A stretch of 64,000 bases of DNA, from assembly GCA_008632985.1 (NCBI GenBank), contig QPGO01000188.1, positions 1-64,000 on the forward strand, written 5' to 3'. Positions 12,068-25,089 of the stretch are shown piece after piece. Position 1 is the first letter of the stretch. Every line of letters starts with the position of its first letter. The stretch comes from Psammoneis japonica. Its lineage: Eukaryota. The notes beneath the pieces are model-generated. The model was not told where the DNA came from, made no database searches, and was given only the letters and a program-made list of their open reading frames with translations. A program made the translations under genes and the position numbers.

Positions 12068-15000
12068 ATGGCACCATCCTCCAGCACCAAACGCACTGGC
12101 AAGTCCAAATCGGGCAAGGGCTCTTCTGAATCGCAGAAGCCCAGCGCCGCCGCGACACCCTCACCATCTCATGGAGCGCGTCCCTCGAAAGAAGGGCGGG
12201 AAAGTCGACACGGCTCTCAATGAACTCATCAAACATGCGCCCAAAAAGGCACCGCATGATGACGATGTCGACCGTCAGAACCCTGACGGCAATGCACTTG
12301 AGGACGATGACATGCATGACAACGACGGCATCGCAAAACTCACGTCAGTGACGAACTTGGACGACATGGATGTTTCTGACGACGACAGTGTCTCGTCTGA
12401 CAAGTCCAACAAGTCCAGTGCAGAAACCCGCCGCAAGCGCACCAAAAAGCACTTGTCCAAGCGCAAGCGCGAGAGGCTTGCCACCCACATTGACAAAGTT
12501 GCTGCGGCTGCATGTGCTGACAAGCGCATTGCACAACTGGCCAAACTGCTAGAAGGCAAATTGACTGTGTCCCCTGAGTCATTCTTTGACTTCCTCTTTT
12601 GTCTTGAGGAACGTCTTCAGAGCTCCCCTGTGTGGGCTAAAGTCATGAAGCTCAACAACGGCATGTCTTTGACAAAAGACTTCACCAAAGTGGTGCTGTG
12701 GGGTGTTGAAACCGACGAGGTCATCGCCAAGAAATCCGATGACCAGACACACATGCATTTCGCGCAACGTGCGCTCAAGGCCCTGCTTGTTGCCTCGCAT
12801 GACAAAGAGCTGCGTCGGGCAATTGCATCTGATGAAAATGTCATGGATCATCTCCACAAGGATGGCGCAATGTGCTTCTGCCATGGCTTCAAGCAGCTGT
12901 TCCCGTTGCCCGAGATGCACGTCAATGGCGTCCAGACAAAATTGTCCAAAGTTTCTCTCATTGACGATTGCGACGGCAATGTCAGCACATTTTTGCATGA
13001 GTTCAGGCAGCACCTCCGCCTGGTTCACAAGCGTGACAACATGCTTGAGTGCACTCTCGTCGAGAAAGCCTTCAAAGAACTCCAAACTGCCACATGCAAG
13101 CCATTCGCAGCCAAGATGGCCCAGCATGAGACCAATTGGATGCGCAAGAAACACGTCAAATGGACTGTCGAGACCCTGTTCGAGGAAGCCAACAGCCTCC
13201 AGACGGCACTTGAGGCACAGAATCTTTGGGACAAACCTTCCACGGAAGAAACCCAGTTCATGGCCATGCTGGCTCAGAACGAACAGCTCGTCAACTTCGC
13301 GCAGCAGATGACAAAGGTCGCCTCTGCTTTCCAGTCATCCCTGCAGCAGAGGTCGCGGTGCAAGCATCGCAACAACCGTTGCAACCGCCACGACAACCGC
13401 CGGGGACATCAGGGTCATGGTGGTTGCAGAAACGGTCGTGACCGCGCACCTCGCTGTGGTTCCCCTCCATTCTTGTGCATTGAACCCGAGAACAAAGAAA
13501 CGGAAAAGGAGTGGGGCAACAAGAAGTTTCATTGGCGTGATGCATGCAAGATGCACTCCACTCGCCACAGCACCGGCACCCACAACGAATGCATTGCCTC
13601 CAACAACAACAAGAGCGGCAAGCATCCTGGAAATGCACAACCCAAGTCTGGATGTGACCACAAGCGCCAGCTCAGAACGAACAGCTCGTCAACTTCGCGC
13701 AGCAGATGACAAAGGTCACCTCTGCTTTCCAGTCATCCCTGCAGCAGAGGTCGCGGTGCAAGCATCGCAACAACCGTTGCAACCGCCACGACAACCGCCG
13801 GGGACATCAGGGTCATGGTGGTTGCAGAAACGGTCGTGACCGCGCACCTCGCCGTGGTTCCCCTCCATTCTTGTGCATTGAACCCGAGAACAAAGAAACG
13901 GAAAAGGAGTGCGACATGGACGTTTCTGATGACAGTGTCTCGTCTGACAAGTCCAACAAGTCCAGTGCGGAAACCCGCCGCAAGCACACCAAAAAGCACT
14001 TGTCCAAGCGCAAGCGCGAGAGGCTTGCCACCCACATTGACAAAGTCGCTGCGGCTGCATGTGCTGACAAGCGCATTGCACAACTGGCCAAACTGCTAGA
14101 AGACAAATTGACTGTGTCCCCTGAGTCATTCTTTGACTTCGTCTTTTGTCTTGAGGAACGTCTTCAGAGCTCCCCTGTGTGGGCTAAAGTCATGAAGCTC
14201 AACAACGGCATGTCTTTGACAAAAGACTTGACCAAAGTGGTGCTGTGGGGTGTTGAAACCGACGAGGTCATCGCCAAGAAATCCGATGACCAGACACACA
14301 TGCATTTCGCGCAACGTGCGCTCAAGGCCCTGCTTGTTGCCTTGCATGACAAAGAGCTGCATCAGGCAATTGCATCTGACGAAAATGTCATGGATCATCT
14401 CCACAAGGACGGCACAAAGTGCTTCTGCCATGGCTTCAAGCAGCTGTTCTCGTTGCCCGAGATGCGCGTCAATGGCATCCAGACAAAATTGTCCAAAGTT
14501 TCTCTCATTGACAATTGCGATGGCAATGTCAGCACATTTGTGCATGAGTTCAGGCAGCACCTCCGCCTGGTTCACAAGCATGGCAACATGCTCAAGTGCA
14601 CTCTCATCAAGAAAGCCTTCAACGAACTCCAAACCGCCACATGCAAGCCATTCGCAGCCAAGATGGCCCAGCATGAGACCAATTGGATGCGCAAGAAACA
14701 CGTTAAATGGACTGTCGAGACCCTGTTCAAGGAAGCCAACAGCCTCCAGACGGCACTTGAGGCACAGAATCTTTGGGACAAACCTTCCACGGAAGAAACC
14801 CAGTTCATGGCCATGCTGGCTCAGAACGAACAGCTCGTCAACTTTGCGCAGCAGATGACAAAGGTCGCCTCTGCTTTCCAGTCATCCCTGCAGCAGAGTT
14901 TGCGGTGCAAGCATCGCAACAACCGTTGCAACCGCCGTGACAACTGCCGGGGACATCAGGGTCATGGTGGTTGCGGAAACGGTCATGACCGCGCACCTCG

Positions 15001-15585
15001 CCGTGGTTCCCCTCCGTTCTTGTACATTGAACACTAGAACAAAGAAACGGAAAAGGAGTGGGGCAACAAGAAGTGGCGCTGGTGTGATGCATGCAAGATG
15101 CACTCCACTCGCCACAGCACCGGCACCCACAACGAATGCATTGCCTCCAACAACAACAAGAGCGGCAAGCGTCCTGGAAACGCACAACCCAAGTCTGGAT
15201 GTGACCACAAGCGCCAGCTCAGAATGAACAGCTCGTCAACTTCGCGCAGCAGATGACAAAGGTCGCCTCTGCTTTCCAGTCATCCCTGCAGCAGAGTTCG
15301 TGGTGTGAGCATCGCAACAACCATTGCAACCACCATGACAACCGCCGGGGACATCAGGGTCGTGGTGGTTGCGGAAACGGTCGTGACTGCACACCTCGCC
15401 GTGGTTCCCCTCTGTTCTTGCACATTGAACCCGAGAACAAAGAAACGGAAAAGGAGTGGGGCAACAAGAAGTGGCATTGGTGTGATGCATGCAAGATGCA
15501 CTCCACTCGCCACAGCACCGGCACCCATGACGAATGCATTGCCTCCAACAACAACAAGAGCGGCAAGCGTCCTGGAGACGCGCAA
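12068..15585 (+). pseudogene. gag: Copia gag-like region with internal tandem duplications
   Basis: ATG at 12068, then a frameshift into ORF 12171-13709. Cys/His motif WCDACKMHSTRH. 12362-13669 is repeated at 13912-15216, and the 3' part (from 13272) again at 13670-13911 and 15217-15585. Confidence 0.75.
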
Positions 15586-18500
15586 TTAAAGTCTCCTTAA
15601 AGGGTGTTGCATCTGGCCCAGCCATTGAGGGCGTTGGCACGGTGAGATGCGGCTTTGTGGATGACGGTGGCAACAATTTTGCCATTGATGTCAACAATGT
15701 GCTGTGTGCACCCACCTGCCTGGTTCGTCTGCTGTGCCCTCAACAAGTGGCAGCTGCAAGCCCCAATGAGGACACAGATGGGTTCTTTGCAAGGGGCAAG
15801 TCCACGACAATGATCTGTGGACAACATCGCAAAACCGTGCGATGCCATCACGAGTCGAATCTGCCGATTCTTGCTGCGGCTCCAGGCTTTGGCAATTTTT
15901 GAGCTTTCTGCTTTGACACTGATGCAAATGGCAAACTGCCACCTTGCACCAACACAAAGGCATGCTCGGCTTTGCATCCGGCTTTTGCTGTCACAACAAG
16001 AAAGCAAAAGGCGGTGGCCAACACAAACAAACAACAGACTTCTGACAATCAGCAGAGCAAAAAGTCAAACGAAAATGAAAAGAAACCAAGGCCTGCTCAG
16101 CCTCAACAGGACCTGCCAGTCCATGAGGGGGGCACAGAAGACAACCTGCTTCCCATCCAATGCAACATGTTGAAATTGCACCATCGCATGGGACACGTTG
16201 GTTTTGAACAAATCAAAGAATGGGCCAAGATCGGTGCCGTGCCGAAACTCTTTGCAAAATGCGAAGCTCCAGTCTGCAAAGCATGTGCTTGTGCAAAAGC
16301 CAAGTGCAAGGCAGCTCAGCGTGGCCACCGCATTGATGAATGCCATGACAATGCTCCAGGTCAAGGAGTGTCTGCGTGCAGCATGCATGCAGACAAAAGG
16401 TCATTTTTGTCATGCCCTTTGTGACATTTAAAGGCTGCAGCACGTCGCCATGATGCATTGACTCTCATTGGCAGCTGCACGTTGCACTCCTCCCCATGTG
16501 CCGCACGTCCATGCGGCTCTTTGCTGACGTGTGCTGACACTGCACGGTTTTGGTGGAACAGTGTGGGTGCGTGCGAAGGAACATGCAGAACTGCACAGAG
16601 TTTTGCGCGTTCGACAGTGATCAACGTTGCTGCGGACAACTCCCACTCAGGGTTTCGAACCCCTGGCCTCCTGCCCAATGGTTGCGATGAACCACTCCAC
16701 CATGAATTCACAATGCAGTGTGCATGCAGACAAAAGGTCATTTTTGTCATGCCCTTTGTGACATTTGAAGGCTGCAGCACGTTGCCGTGATGCATCAACT
16801 CTTGTTGGTGGCTGTGTGTTGCACGCGGATCAACTCGATGCGAGTCATCCGGGCCCACTTCCCACTTCTCGTGGCAAACCAACTGCTTGCAGGTGCAAAC
16901 ATTGCACTCTGTGGATTGATCACTTCTCTGGATTTATCCATCCTCACATGCAAGAGTCCACTGGGGGAAAAGAGACCTTGACTGGCAAAACCAAGCTCGA
17001 GAGATTCACAGCAAAACACAATGTAAAAATCAAGCACACTCATGCCAATGACGGCACATTCGCCACCGCAGAGTTCACACAACACTGCGTTGAAAACAAA
17101 CAACGAAACTCCTTTTGTGGAGCAGGAGCACACTGGCAAAACGGCATCTTGGAACGCTGCACAGGCATCATCACCTCGATGGCACGAACACACCTGTCAC
17201 ATGCTCAGCCCCTCTGGTCTGATGCAGCAACCACGGAATTGTGGCCATTTGCCATCAGACAAGCTGTCAATTTCCACAATGTGTGCGTCCAAAAAGGAAA
17301 AGAGAAAAACCCCTGGGAGCTGTTCACTGACAAGAAACCGCCATTTCAAATGGACGATTTTTGCGTGTGGGGGTGTCCTGTTTACATCGCGGACAAAAGT
17401 GTCCAAGGCGGGACTCACATTGGAAGATGGGCCGAACGGTCATGTGCACGTGGGACATTCGCTGGACCATGCCAGCAATGTCCATTTGGCATGGTGCCCC
17501 ACAACCAAACACGTCTCGCCACAATTTCATGTCACATTTGACAAAAACTTTGCAACAGCAGTGCCTGGAAAGACATCAAGCAATGATCTTGAGGCAGCTC
17601 TTGAAAAATCATTTGATGACCATGCAAACACTTAGACTCACCATGATGAACATTTCGACCACAATCAATGTTGTTTTGAAAAGAATGTTTGGAGCAAGGA
17701 CGACTTGCTCCGCGAACACAGTGTTGACCCTCAAGCGTGCAAACAGGTGCAAAAGACCAACCACAAATCACCAGGGAGAAAAAGAGACCGTGCTGGACAA
17801 GAAAAGCCAGACAATGACGACACACCATCTGAGATTCTGCCAGCTGTTGATGTCTCGGCCGACACACCGACACATGCGGCAGCTGCACTGGCAGACACGA
17901 CAATGCCAGCAGAATTGGCACATGCTGAAGCCTCCGAGGCTGTGCCACCTGCAGCGGGAGGTTCTGTGTCGGAGAGAGCAGAGGGGACCCACTCATTGTC
18001 AAACCGACCACTGTTGGTTGACAATGCAACACCGTTGATTGCAGACAATGCAGTCACCCAGGGCCCAACTGTGGCAACTCCAGAGGACGCTGCAACTTCT
18101 TCGCCAATGAAAGAAGCCCTCCAACATTCAAACAATGAAGCAGACTGTGCTTGCCATCAACTTCATGAGTGCAAATGCCGAAAAGGTTTGGATGACGATG
18201 CGACTTGCACAACAGCACAGAACAATGCAAAAAACAGCAACTCACCTGACATGAATGCGCACATCACAACACCTCTGTGCCACAAAGAAGTTGCAGCTGA
18301 ACCACACGAAGAGCTTGCACATCTGATGGCACTCGTGGGTTCAGCAGACAATGACATGCTTCTTGACGAAGACACATGGAACGAATCCAGTCCACTCGCT
18401 TTCGAAGCAGCGGCGCCAGGTGACGTCGACACCCTGACCCAGGGCCAGATGAAAAGAGCGCCAGACCACGCCAAATTTGAAAAAGCCCAAGTTCCAGAAA

Positions 18501-20010
18501 CACAAGGGCTGGCAGATGTGGATGCATGGGAACACATGCCACGTTCTGAAGTGCCAAAAGACCACTGGTTGTCAAGTGCAATCTGGTCACACAAAAGAAA
18601 AAGGAAACCAAGTGGTGAGCTTTCAAAACACAAAGCCAGAATGTGTGTCGACGGTTCCAAACAACAACGTGGAATGGACCATTGGGGCACATTCGCCCCA
18701 GTCGTTGCATGGAGTGCGGTGTGACTGACATTGTGTCTGGCGGCAATCGCCGGTCTGAAAAGCAGACAAGTGGATCATGCGCAAGCATTTCCACAAGCAG
18801 AGCTGGAAGAACCAGCATGTGTGAGACTCCCAGAAGGGCGGGAAGTGAAAGACGAAAATGGAAACATCATGCCAGACATGGCATGCAAACTGAAAAAGAA
18901 CTCACGCAGCACAAAAACTGCTGCACGAAACTGGTTCCAGAAACTGTCAAAGGGGCTGGAACGACGCAGTTTCAAAAAATCAAAAATGGACCCATGTCTG
19001 TTCATCAGAAATGACTGCATCATCTGCTTGCACACAGATGATTGTTTGGTTTTTGCTCCAACGAACTACATTGTCACTGTGCTCATGCAAGAACTCAAGC
19101 AAGACGAGCTTCAACTTGCCGACGAAGGCAATGCACCCGCTTTCCTCAGTGTGGATGTTGCCAATGCCGTCGACGGCAAAATCCACATGACCCAGACAGG
19201 TCTTGTTGATTCCACGTTGAAAGACCTCGGTCTGAGGTCCCACAACAATGAACCATTGCAGAACAGGCCACAAACAAAGGCTGCTCCAGCAGCACAAATG
19301 CTGCACCCTGACACAGATGGTCAGGAGCGTCAAGAACTGTGGAGCTGCCGGTCTGTTGTCGGAAAGATGAGCTCTCTGGCACAAATGACTCGACCAGACA
19401 TTGCAGTGGCAGCGCATGTGTGCACCAGATTTTTCAACTGCCCAAAGGCATTGCACGAACGAGCAGTTGAGTGCATCGGACGTCATCTGCTGGCAACTTC
19501 AACAGATGGCATTGAGCTCCGGCTGAAAGGGAAATTCTCCCTGGGTGCATGTGTTGACAGCGACTTCGCGGGAATGTGGCACAGAAATTTTGCCCATCTC
19601 CACGAATCGCACCTGTCATGATCAGGGTGTGTTGTCACATTCGCAGGCTGTCCAATCTGTTGGAAGAGCAAATTGCAAACCGAGACAGCTCTCTCCTCAA
19701 CCAAGGCTGAACTCGTTGCACTGTCACAGTGCCTGAGAGAGCCACTTCCAATGAGAACTGTGCCAGAAGAACTGTCCAAAACCATGGATTTTGAACTGGC
19801 AAATTCACACATTGAATCTGGTTCTCTGGAAACTCATGTGCTTCCACACAAGCTTCCCCCGTCCACAGCGCATGAAGACAAAACAGGGTGCACTGCACTG
19901 GCCACCTCTGACAAGCAATGCAAGGCCAGAGCCAAGCACACAAGCATCAAATGAATGCACTTTCGGGACCACACAAAACGTGGTTCTGTGAAGAAGGCAG
20001 TGAAAGTGGG
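15586..20010 (+). pseudogene. pol: Copia pol: partial protease, integrase, RT and RNase H, with frameshifts and stops
   Basis: IEGVGTV..VLCAP..RLLCPQQ. HHRMGH..CKAC (HHCC). SADQL (split by the TRIM), WIDHFS, HWQNGILER, LWPFA. WSHKRKR..KHKARMC, ICLHTDD, CVDSDFAG. Confidence 0.92.
16377..16823 (-). mobile_element. TRIM-like miniature LTR element (447 bp) inserted in the integrase
   Basis: 110-bp direct repeats at 16377-16486 and 16714-16823 with TG...CA ends. Minus-strand PPT GGGGAGGAG at 16487-16495. 4-bp TSD TGCG/CGCG. Removing it restores PGQGVSADQL. Confidence 0.85.
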
Positions 20011-20240
20011 CGACACATTGAGCAGTCCAAACAGACTGCTGCTTCACTCAAAAACAGCATTTTTGGACATGTGCAAACAGCATTTTTCGCTTCACTTGTC
20101 CTCGAAGCACGAGGGAGAGAAACACCCTAGACACACCCCAGACATTTTCTGGGAATGCTCTGGAGGCTGTGCGCAGATGTTGCTGCATCGGCTTGGCTCC
20201 CTTGCTGGCATTGGTCAGAGCCCTCGTCGACACGAGGGAG

Positions 20241-20410
20241 TGTCACGTTCAGCTGGAGCTCGCAGGACAGATGGACAGACGGACGGATGGACAGACGGAG
20301 CTCATTCGCACTGACTCAGAGAGATGATGTCGAAGATTCTCTGACGCAGCTGGCTCGTGGACCACAGAACAGTCGCAAGCCTCTTTGGCTCACAACATCC
20401 ACACAAGACA
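20241..20410 (+). mobile_element. Copia 3' LTR
   Basis: Follows the PPT, has TGTC...GACA termini and is followed by TSD CCCTT. Confidence 0.92.
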
Positions 20411-22536
20411 CCCTTTGTGATTTGGTGCCCTCAACAGACATTTTTTGTCCTTTTTGATTTTGTGCCCTTGGCCATTTTGCTGGTCACGACAGAGCTGCAG
20501 AACAACAAGAACCTGCCCGATGAAGAGCGCGGGGCAAAGGAGAGAAAGTGCGTGAGATGCCTGAAGCACTTCACGGCAGGGAGCTCCAAGAACGGAGATG
20601 CGGAAGGGAGCGCACCCAGGAAATGCAAGAGGGAGGATTTTTGCAGGAAGATTGTGGCAGAGCGTGACAGGAAAGTGGAGGAGGGGGGCAATGGGCTGGG
20701 GGATGAGGAAAGCCACGTGGTGGGTTGCGCTGAGACACACGAGCTGGAGCCAACACCTGTTTGGCAGACAATGTGTGAAAAGTGGCAGTCATGTTTGTTG
20801 CAAATGACGTTGCAGGCACAATCTAAATTGAGCGACTGCACTCCACGGTGCCAGCTGGAGAGCAAATGGGGAAGGGCACAACACGGGTGGTGCCTTGGGA
20901 AACCAGTTGGCCGATCTGTTGTCAGTCAGCTGTTGAATGTGTTTGAGTGGGTGCGCCGGAGTTTTTGGCCCGCTCGCTTTCCACGTGGCCTGGAACAACC
21001 CAAATCTGTGCAAACTCAGCACGCTTTGCCCTGCAGAACAGTTTTTGGGAGCGTTCTCTGGCTCGCGGCTCAAAATGACACGCAAAATGGCACGGACAAT
21101 GGCGTTTTGCCAAGTTGAAAAATGCGATTGTCTCTGAGGTCGGAACCTGGATGCTCTCAACAGAACTCGGTGCATTGTGTCATCTTGTGCGAGATGAGCT
21201 CGAGAGCACCCAGGTTCACATGGGCGGACTGTGGCGAAAATTCTTGCTGAAGGCTCGCACTGACAACGTCGCTTCTGTTGCTTTGCGACCAAGACACGCT
21301 GCCATTCGTGCTGTGTGTTTTGTCGAGGCTTCATGTGTTTGCAGCCGCTCAATTTGTTGAATGTGTTTGAGTGGGTCCGCCGGAGTTTTTGGCCGGCTCA
21401 CTTTCCACGTGGCCTGGAACAACCCAAATCTGTGCAGATTCAGCGCGTTTTGCCCTGCAGAGCAGTTTTTGGGAGTGCTCTCTGGCTCGTGGCTCAAAAT
21501 GACACGCAAAATGGCGCGGACAATGGCGTTTTGCCAAATTGAAAAATGCGGTCATCTCTGAGGTCGGAACCTGGATGCTCTCAATGGAGCTCGGCGCTGT
21601 CACATCATCTTCTGTGAGACATGCTCAAGAACATCCAGGCTCACATGGGCAGATCATGGCGAAAATTCTTGCCGAAGGTTTGCACTGACAACATCGCTTC
21701 TGTTGCATCACAACCAACCTCATGTGCTGCCATTTGTGCTGTGTGTTTTGTTGAGGCTTCACATGTTTGCAGCCGTTCAATTTGCGCGCAGCTTCTCTTT
21801 CTACATTGTTCTTTTGTTTGCCCTGCAGGACAATTTTTTGGGAGTGTTTTCTGGCTCTGCGGCTCAAAACAACACGCAAAACAGCGCGGACAATGGCGTT
21901 TTGCCAAGTTGAAAAATGCGATCGTCTCTGAGGTCGGAACCTGGACACTCTCAATGGAATTTGGCGCGTCTTTTGTTTGCCCTGCAGGGCAATTTTTTGG
22001 GAGTGTTTTCTGGCTCTGCGGCTCAAAACAACACGCAAGACAGCACGGACAATGGCGCTTCGCCAAGTTGAAAAATGCGATGGTCTCTGAGGTCGGAACC
22101 TGGGCACTCTCAACGGAATTTGGTGCGTCACATCACTCGCATTTTTCGCATTTTCGCATTTTCGCATTTTCGCATTTTCGCATTTTCGCATTTTCGCATT
22201 TTCGCATTTTCACATTTTCACATTTTCGCATTTTCGCATTTTCGCTGGTGGTCTTCAAATCAAGAACAACCTCGCCACGTGTTGCAGGGGGGCACTGAAG
22301 GGACACAGCCCACTGGCAGGGCGCTGATCAAACAAGATTTGCGGCGCAAGTGTTTGGCGCTGGGGGCGCCTTTGAGATTTTGCGCCCTCAGCCATGTTGC
22401 GCAATTCTTGATTTTGTGCCCTTGACCTTTTTGTGCCCTTGGCTGTTTTGCGCCCTTTCCTTTTTTTGTGCCCTCGAGCACTTTGCCCCATCTCGTGGTT
22501 TTGTGCCCTTGGCCATTTTGCGCCCTTTGTGACTTT

Positions 22537-22926
22537 GACGGGCTCCAGTCCTGGGTGGGACTCCGTGTGACATTGGGCCCGCAGAACTCTGCGTGCGAGC
22601 TCCGCAGTGCGAGAACTCAATCAATGGATGTGCTTGTCTTCAACATCAAATGAGCTGCCAAGTTTGTGGTGCAATTGTGCCTCTTGCCACTCGACGTTTC
22701 TGCAAGTGCGCCCGCCCTGCGCGATTCTCAAGACATTGTAGAATCGCGCTGCAACAAAAAATGTCAAAAGTTGTTGGACGGATCGCTCAACAAGTGCACT
22801 GCAAAATGACACAAAATGTCAAAAAAATCACGCAGAAATCTGCGCGCTCGACATGCGACGTGATTCAAAAAACTGTCGATGTCACAGTTCAGCAGCGCGA
22901 GGTCCCACCTGGACCTGGAACGCGTC
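22537..22926 (+). mobile_element. MITE, subfamily B (390 bp)
   Basis: GAC...GTC termini and the same TIRs as subfamily A. TSD CTTT on both sides. Confidence 0.9.
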
Positions 22927-23437
22927 CTTTGTGCCCTTGTCCACTTTGTGCCTTTTTTGGCTTTGGGCCCTCAGCCGCATTTGGTGCCCCTCATGATTTT
23001 GTGCCTTCAGCAATTTTTGGCCATTGTGGTTTTGTGCCCTTTGCCGCCTTGGACCCTTTCTGATTTTTTGCCCTTGGCAGCTTTGTGCCCTCAGCCACCA
23101 TTTTGCGCCCTCAGTCATTTTGTGACCTCAGCAATTTTGTGCCCCTGCCTGGCTTGTGCTCTTTGTGATTTGGCGCCCTCAACAGGCATTTTTTGTCCTT
23201 TTTGATTTTGTGCCCTTGGCCACTTTGCTGGTCACAACAGAGTTGCAGAACAACAAGAACCTGCCCAACGAAGAGCGGGGCAAAGGAGAGAAAGTGCGCG
23301 AGATGACAAAGTTGGACCCAACAGCACATGCATCAGCACGCGAGTCCAAGTCATTGGTTGCCATGCTGCGCGAATGTCCAGCAGATGACAAAGAGACGTG
23401 TGCATTCGTTGGGAATTGCCTGGACAAATGCAGGTTT

Positions 23438-23795
23438 TTTCAAGGAAAACAAACTTGTCATTTCAAGGAAAACAAACACATCCTTTCAAAGGAAAACAAA
23501 TGTGTCATTTGAAGGAAAACAAACGTGTCATTTTGAGGAAAACAAGCGTGTCTTTTCAAGGAAAACAAATGTGTCGTTTCAGGGAAAACAAACATGTGGT
23601 TTCAAGGAAAACAAGTGCGTCTTTTCAAGGAAAACAAACGTGTCTTTTCAAGGAAAACAAACCTGTCAAACAAACGTGTCATTTCAAGGAAAACAAGCAC
23701 GTCGTTTCAAGAAAAACAACCGTGTCGTTTCAACAAAAACAAACACGTTGTTTCAAGGAAAACAAGTGTTTTTTTTTAAGAAAAACAAACCTTTC
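23438..23795. repeat. 23-bp satellite TTTCAAGGAAAACAAACATGTCN
   Basis: Tandem units are directly visible. Confidence 0.92.
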
Positions 23796-23944
23796 ACATT
23801 TTGCATTTCGCATTTTCGCATTTTCGCATTTTCGCATTTTCACATTTTCACATTTTTGCTCCAAAGGCAGTCTTCAAATCAAGGACAATCTCTCCACATG
23901 TTGCAGGGGGGCACCAAAGGGGCACAGCCCACTGGCAGGGCGCT

Positions 23945-24337
23945 GACGCGTTCCAGCTCTAGGTGGGACCTTGCACTGCTGGGCTGTGACACAATTGTTT
24001 TTTGTCGTCCGTCGCATGTTTTGCGCGCACATTTCTGCGTGTTCTGTTGTAAAAAATTGTTCCACACTGCCTCTTTTGCGAAGCCAAAGGCTTTCTGTTT
24101 TCCACATTTGTGACAACAAAAATGCACTGGGTGTGTTGTTCAATGTCCAAAGAACACACCCGGGCAAACTGCAAACAACGTGCTTCAAATTTGGAGGAGA
24201 TGCGTTCGTAAAATTGCCTCTGTTTCTGTCAGCGATCATTCATGTTTTCATTGCTCAATGATTTTACTGCGGAGCTCGCACGTGGAATTCTGCGTGCCCA
24301 ATGTCACAAAAAGTCCCACCCAGGATTGGAACCCGTC
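23945..24337 (-). mobile_element. MITE, subfamily A (inverted)
   Basis: Reverse complement of 36205-36600. TSD CGCT. Confidence 0.9.
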
Positions 24338-25089
24338 CGCTGATCAAACAAGATTTGTGGCGCAAGTGTTTGGTGCTGGGGGCACCTTTGAGATTTTGTG
24401 CCCTCAGCCATGCTGCCCAATTCTTGGCTTTGTGCCCTTGACCTTTTTGTGCCCTTGGCTGTTTTGTGCCCTTTCCTTTTTTTGCGCACTTGGGCACTTT
24501 GCCCCATCTCGCGGTTTTGTGCCCTTGGCCATTTTGCACCCTTTGTGACTTTGTGCCAAGAACGGAAATGCGGAAGGGAGTGCACCCAGGAAATGCAAGA
24601 GGGAGGATTTTTGCAGGAAGATTGTGGCACAGCATGGCAGGAAAGTGGAGGAGGGGGGCAACGGGTTGGGTGATGAGGAAAGCCGGGCGGCGGGTTGCAC
24701 GCGATCGTCTCTGAGGTTGGAACCTGGGCACTCTCAATGGAATTTGGTGCGTCACATCATTTTTGCATTTTTGCATTGCAGCATTTTTGCATTTTTGCAT
24801 TTTCACATTTTCGCGAAGCTCCAAAGGCGGTCTTCAAATCAAGAACAATCTCGCCACATGTTGCAGGGGGGCACTGAAGGGACACACAGCCCGCTGGCGG
24901 GGTGCTGATCAAACAAGATTTGTGGCGCAAGTGTTTGGTGCTGGGGGCACCTTTGAGATTTTGTGCCCTCAGCCATGTTGCGCAATTCTTGGTTTTGTGC
25001 CCTTGACCTTTTTGTGCCCTTGGCTGTTTTGCGCCCTTTCCTTTTTTTTGCCCTTGAGCATTGGGAATCACCTGGACAAATGCAGGTTT

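Larger units (their letters stand above)
11434..20410 (+). mobile_element. Full-length decayed Ty1/copia (CoDi-like) LTR retrotransposon
   Basis: 170-bp LTRs at 11434-11603 and 20241-20410. TSD CCCTT at 11429-11433 and 20411-20415, with the empty site seen in the repeat copy at ~39331. PBS-like GGTTGTGTGGCCC at 11604-11616 and PPT at 20234-20240. Domain order is gag-PR-INT-RT-RH. Confidence 0.95.
20411..25060. repeat. Modular macro-repeat copies, interrupted by MITEs and satellite
   Basis: Same modules as 8594-11433. (CGCATTTT)n at ~22138-22243, ~23800-23855 and ~24760-24810. Confidence 0.8.

Noticed and set aside
16641..16713. Functional tRNA gene
   Set aside because: A and B boxes are present, but I could not fold convincing acceptor and anticodon stems. 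It is reported only as tRNA-like.
20020..20160. Possible small GAG...CTC insertion at the end of the copia RNase H
   Set aside because: The terminal match is weak and there is no TSD.
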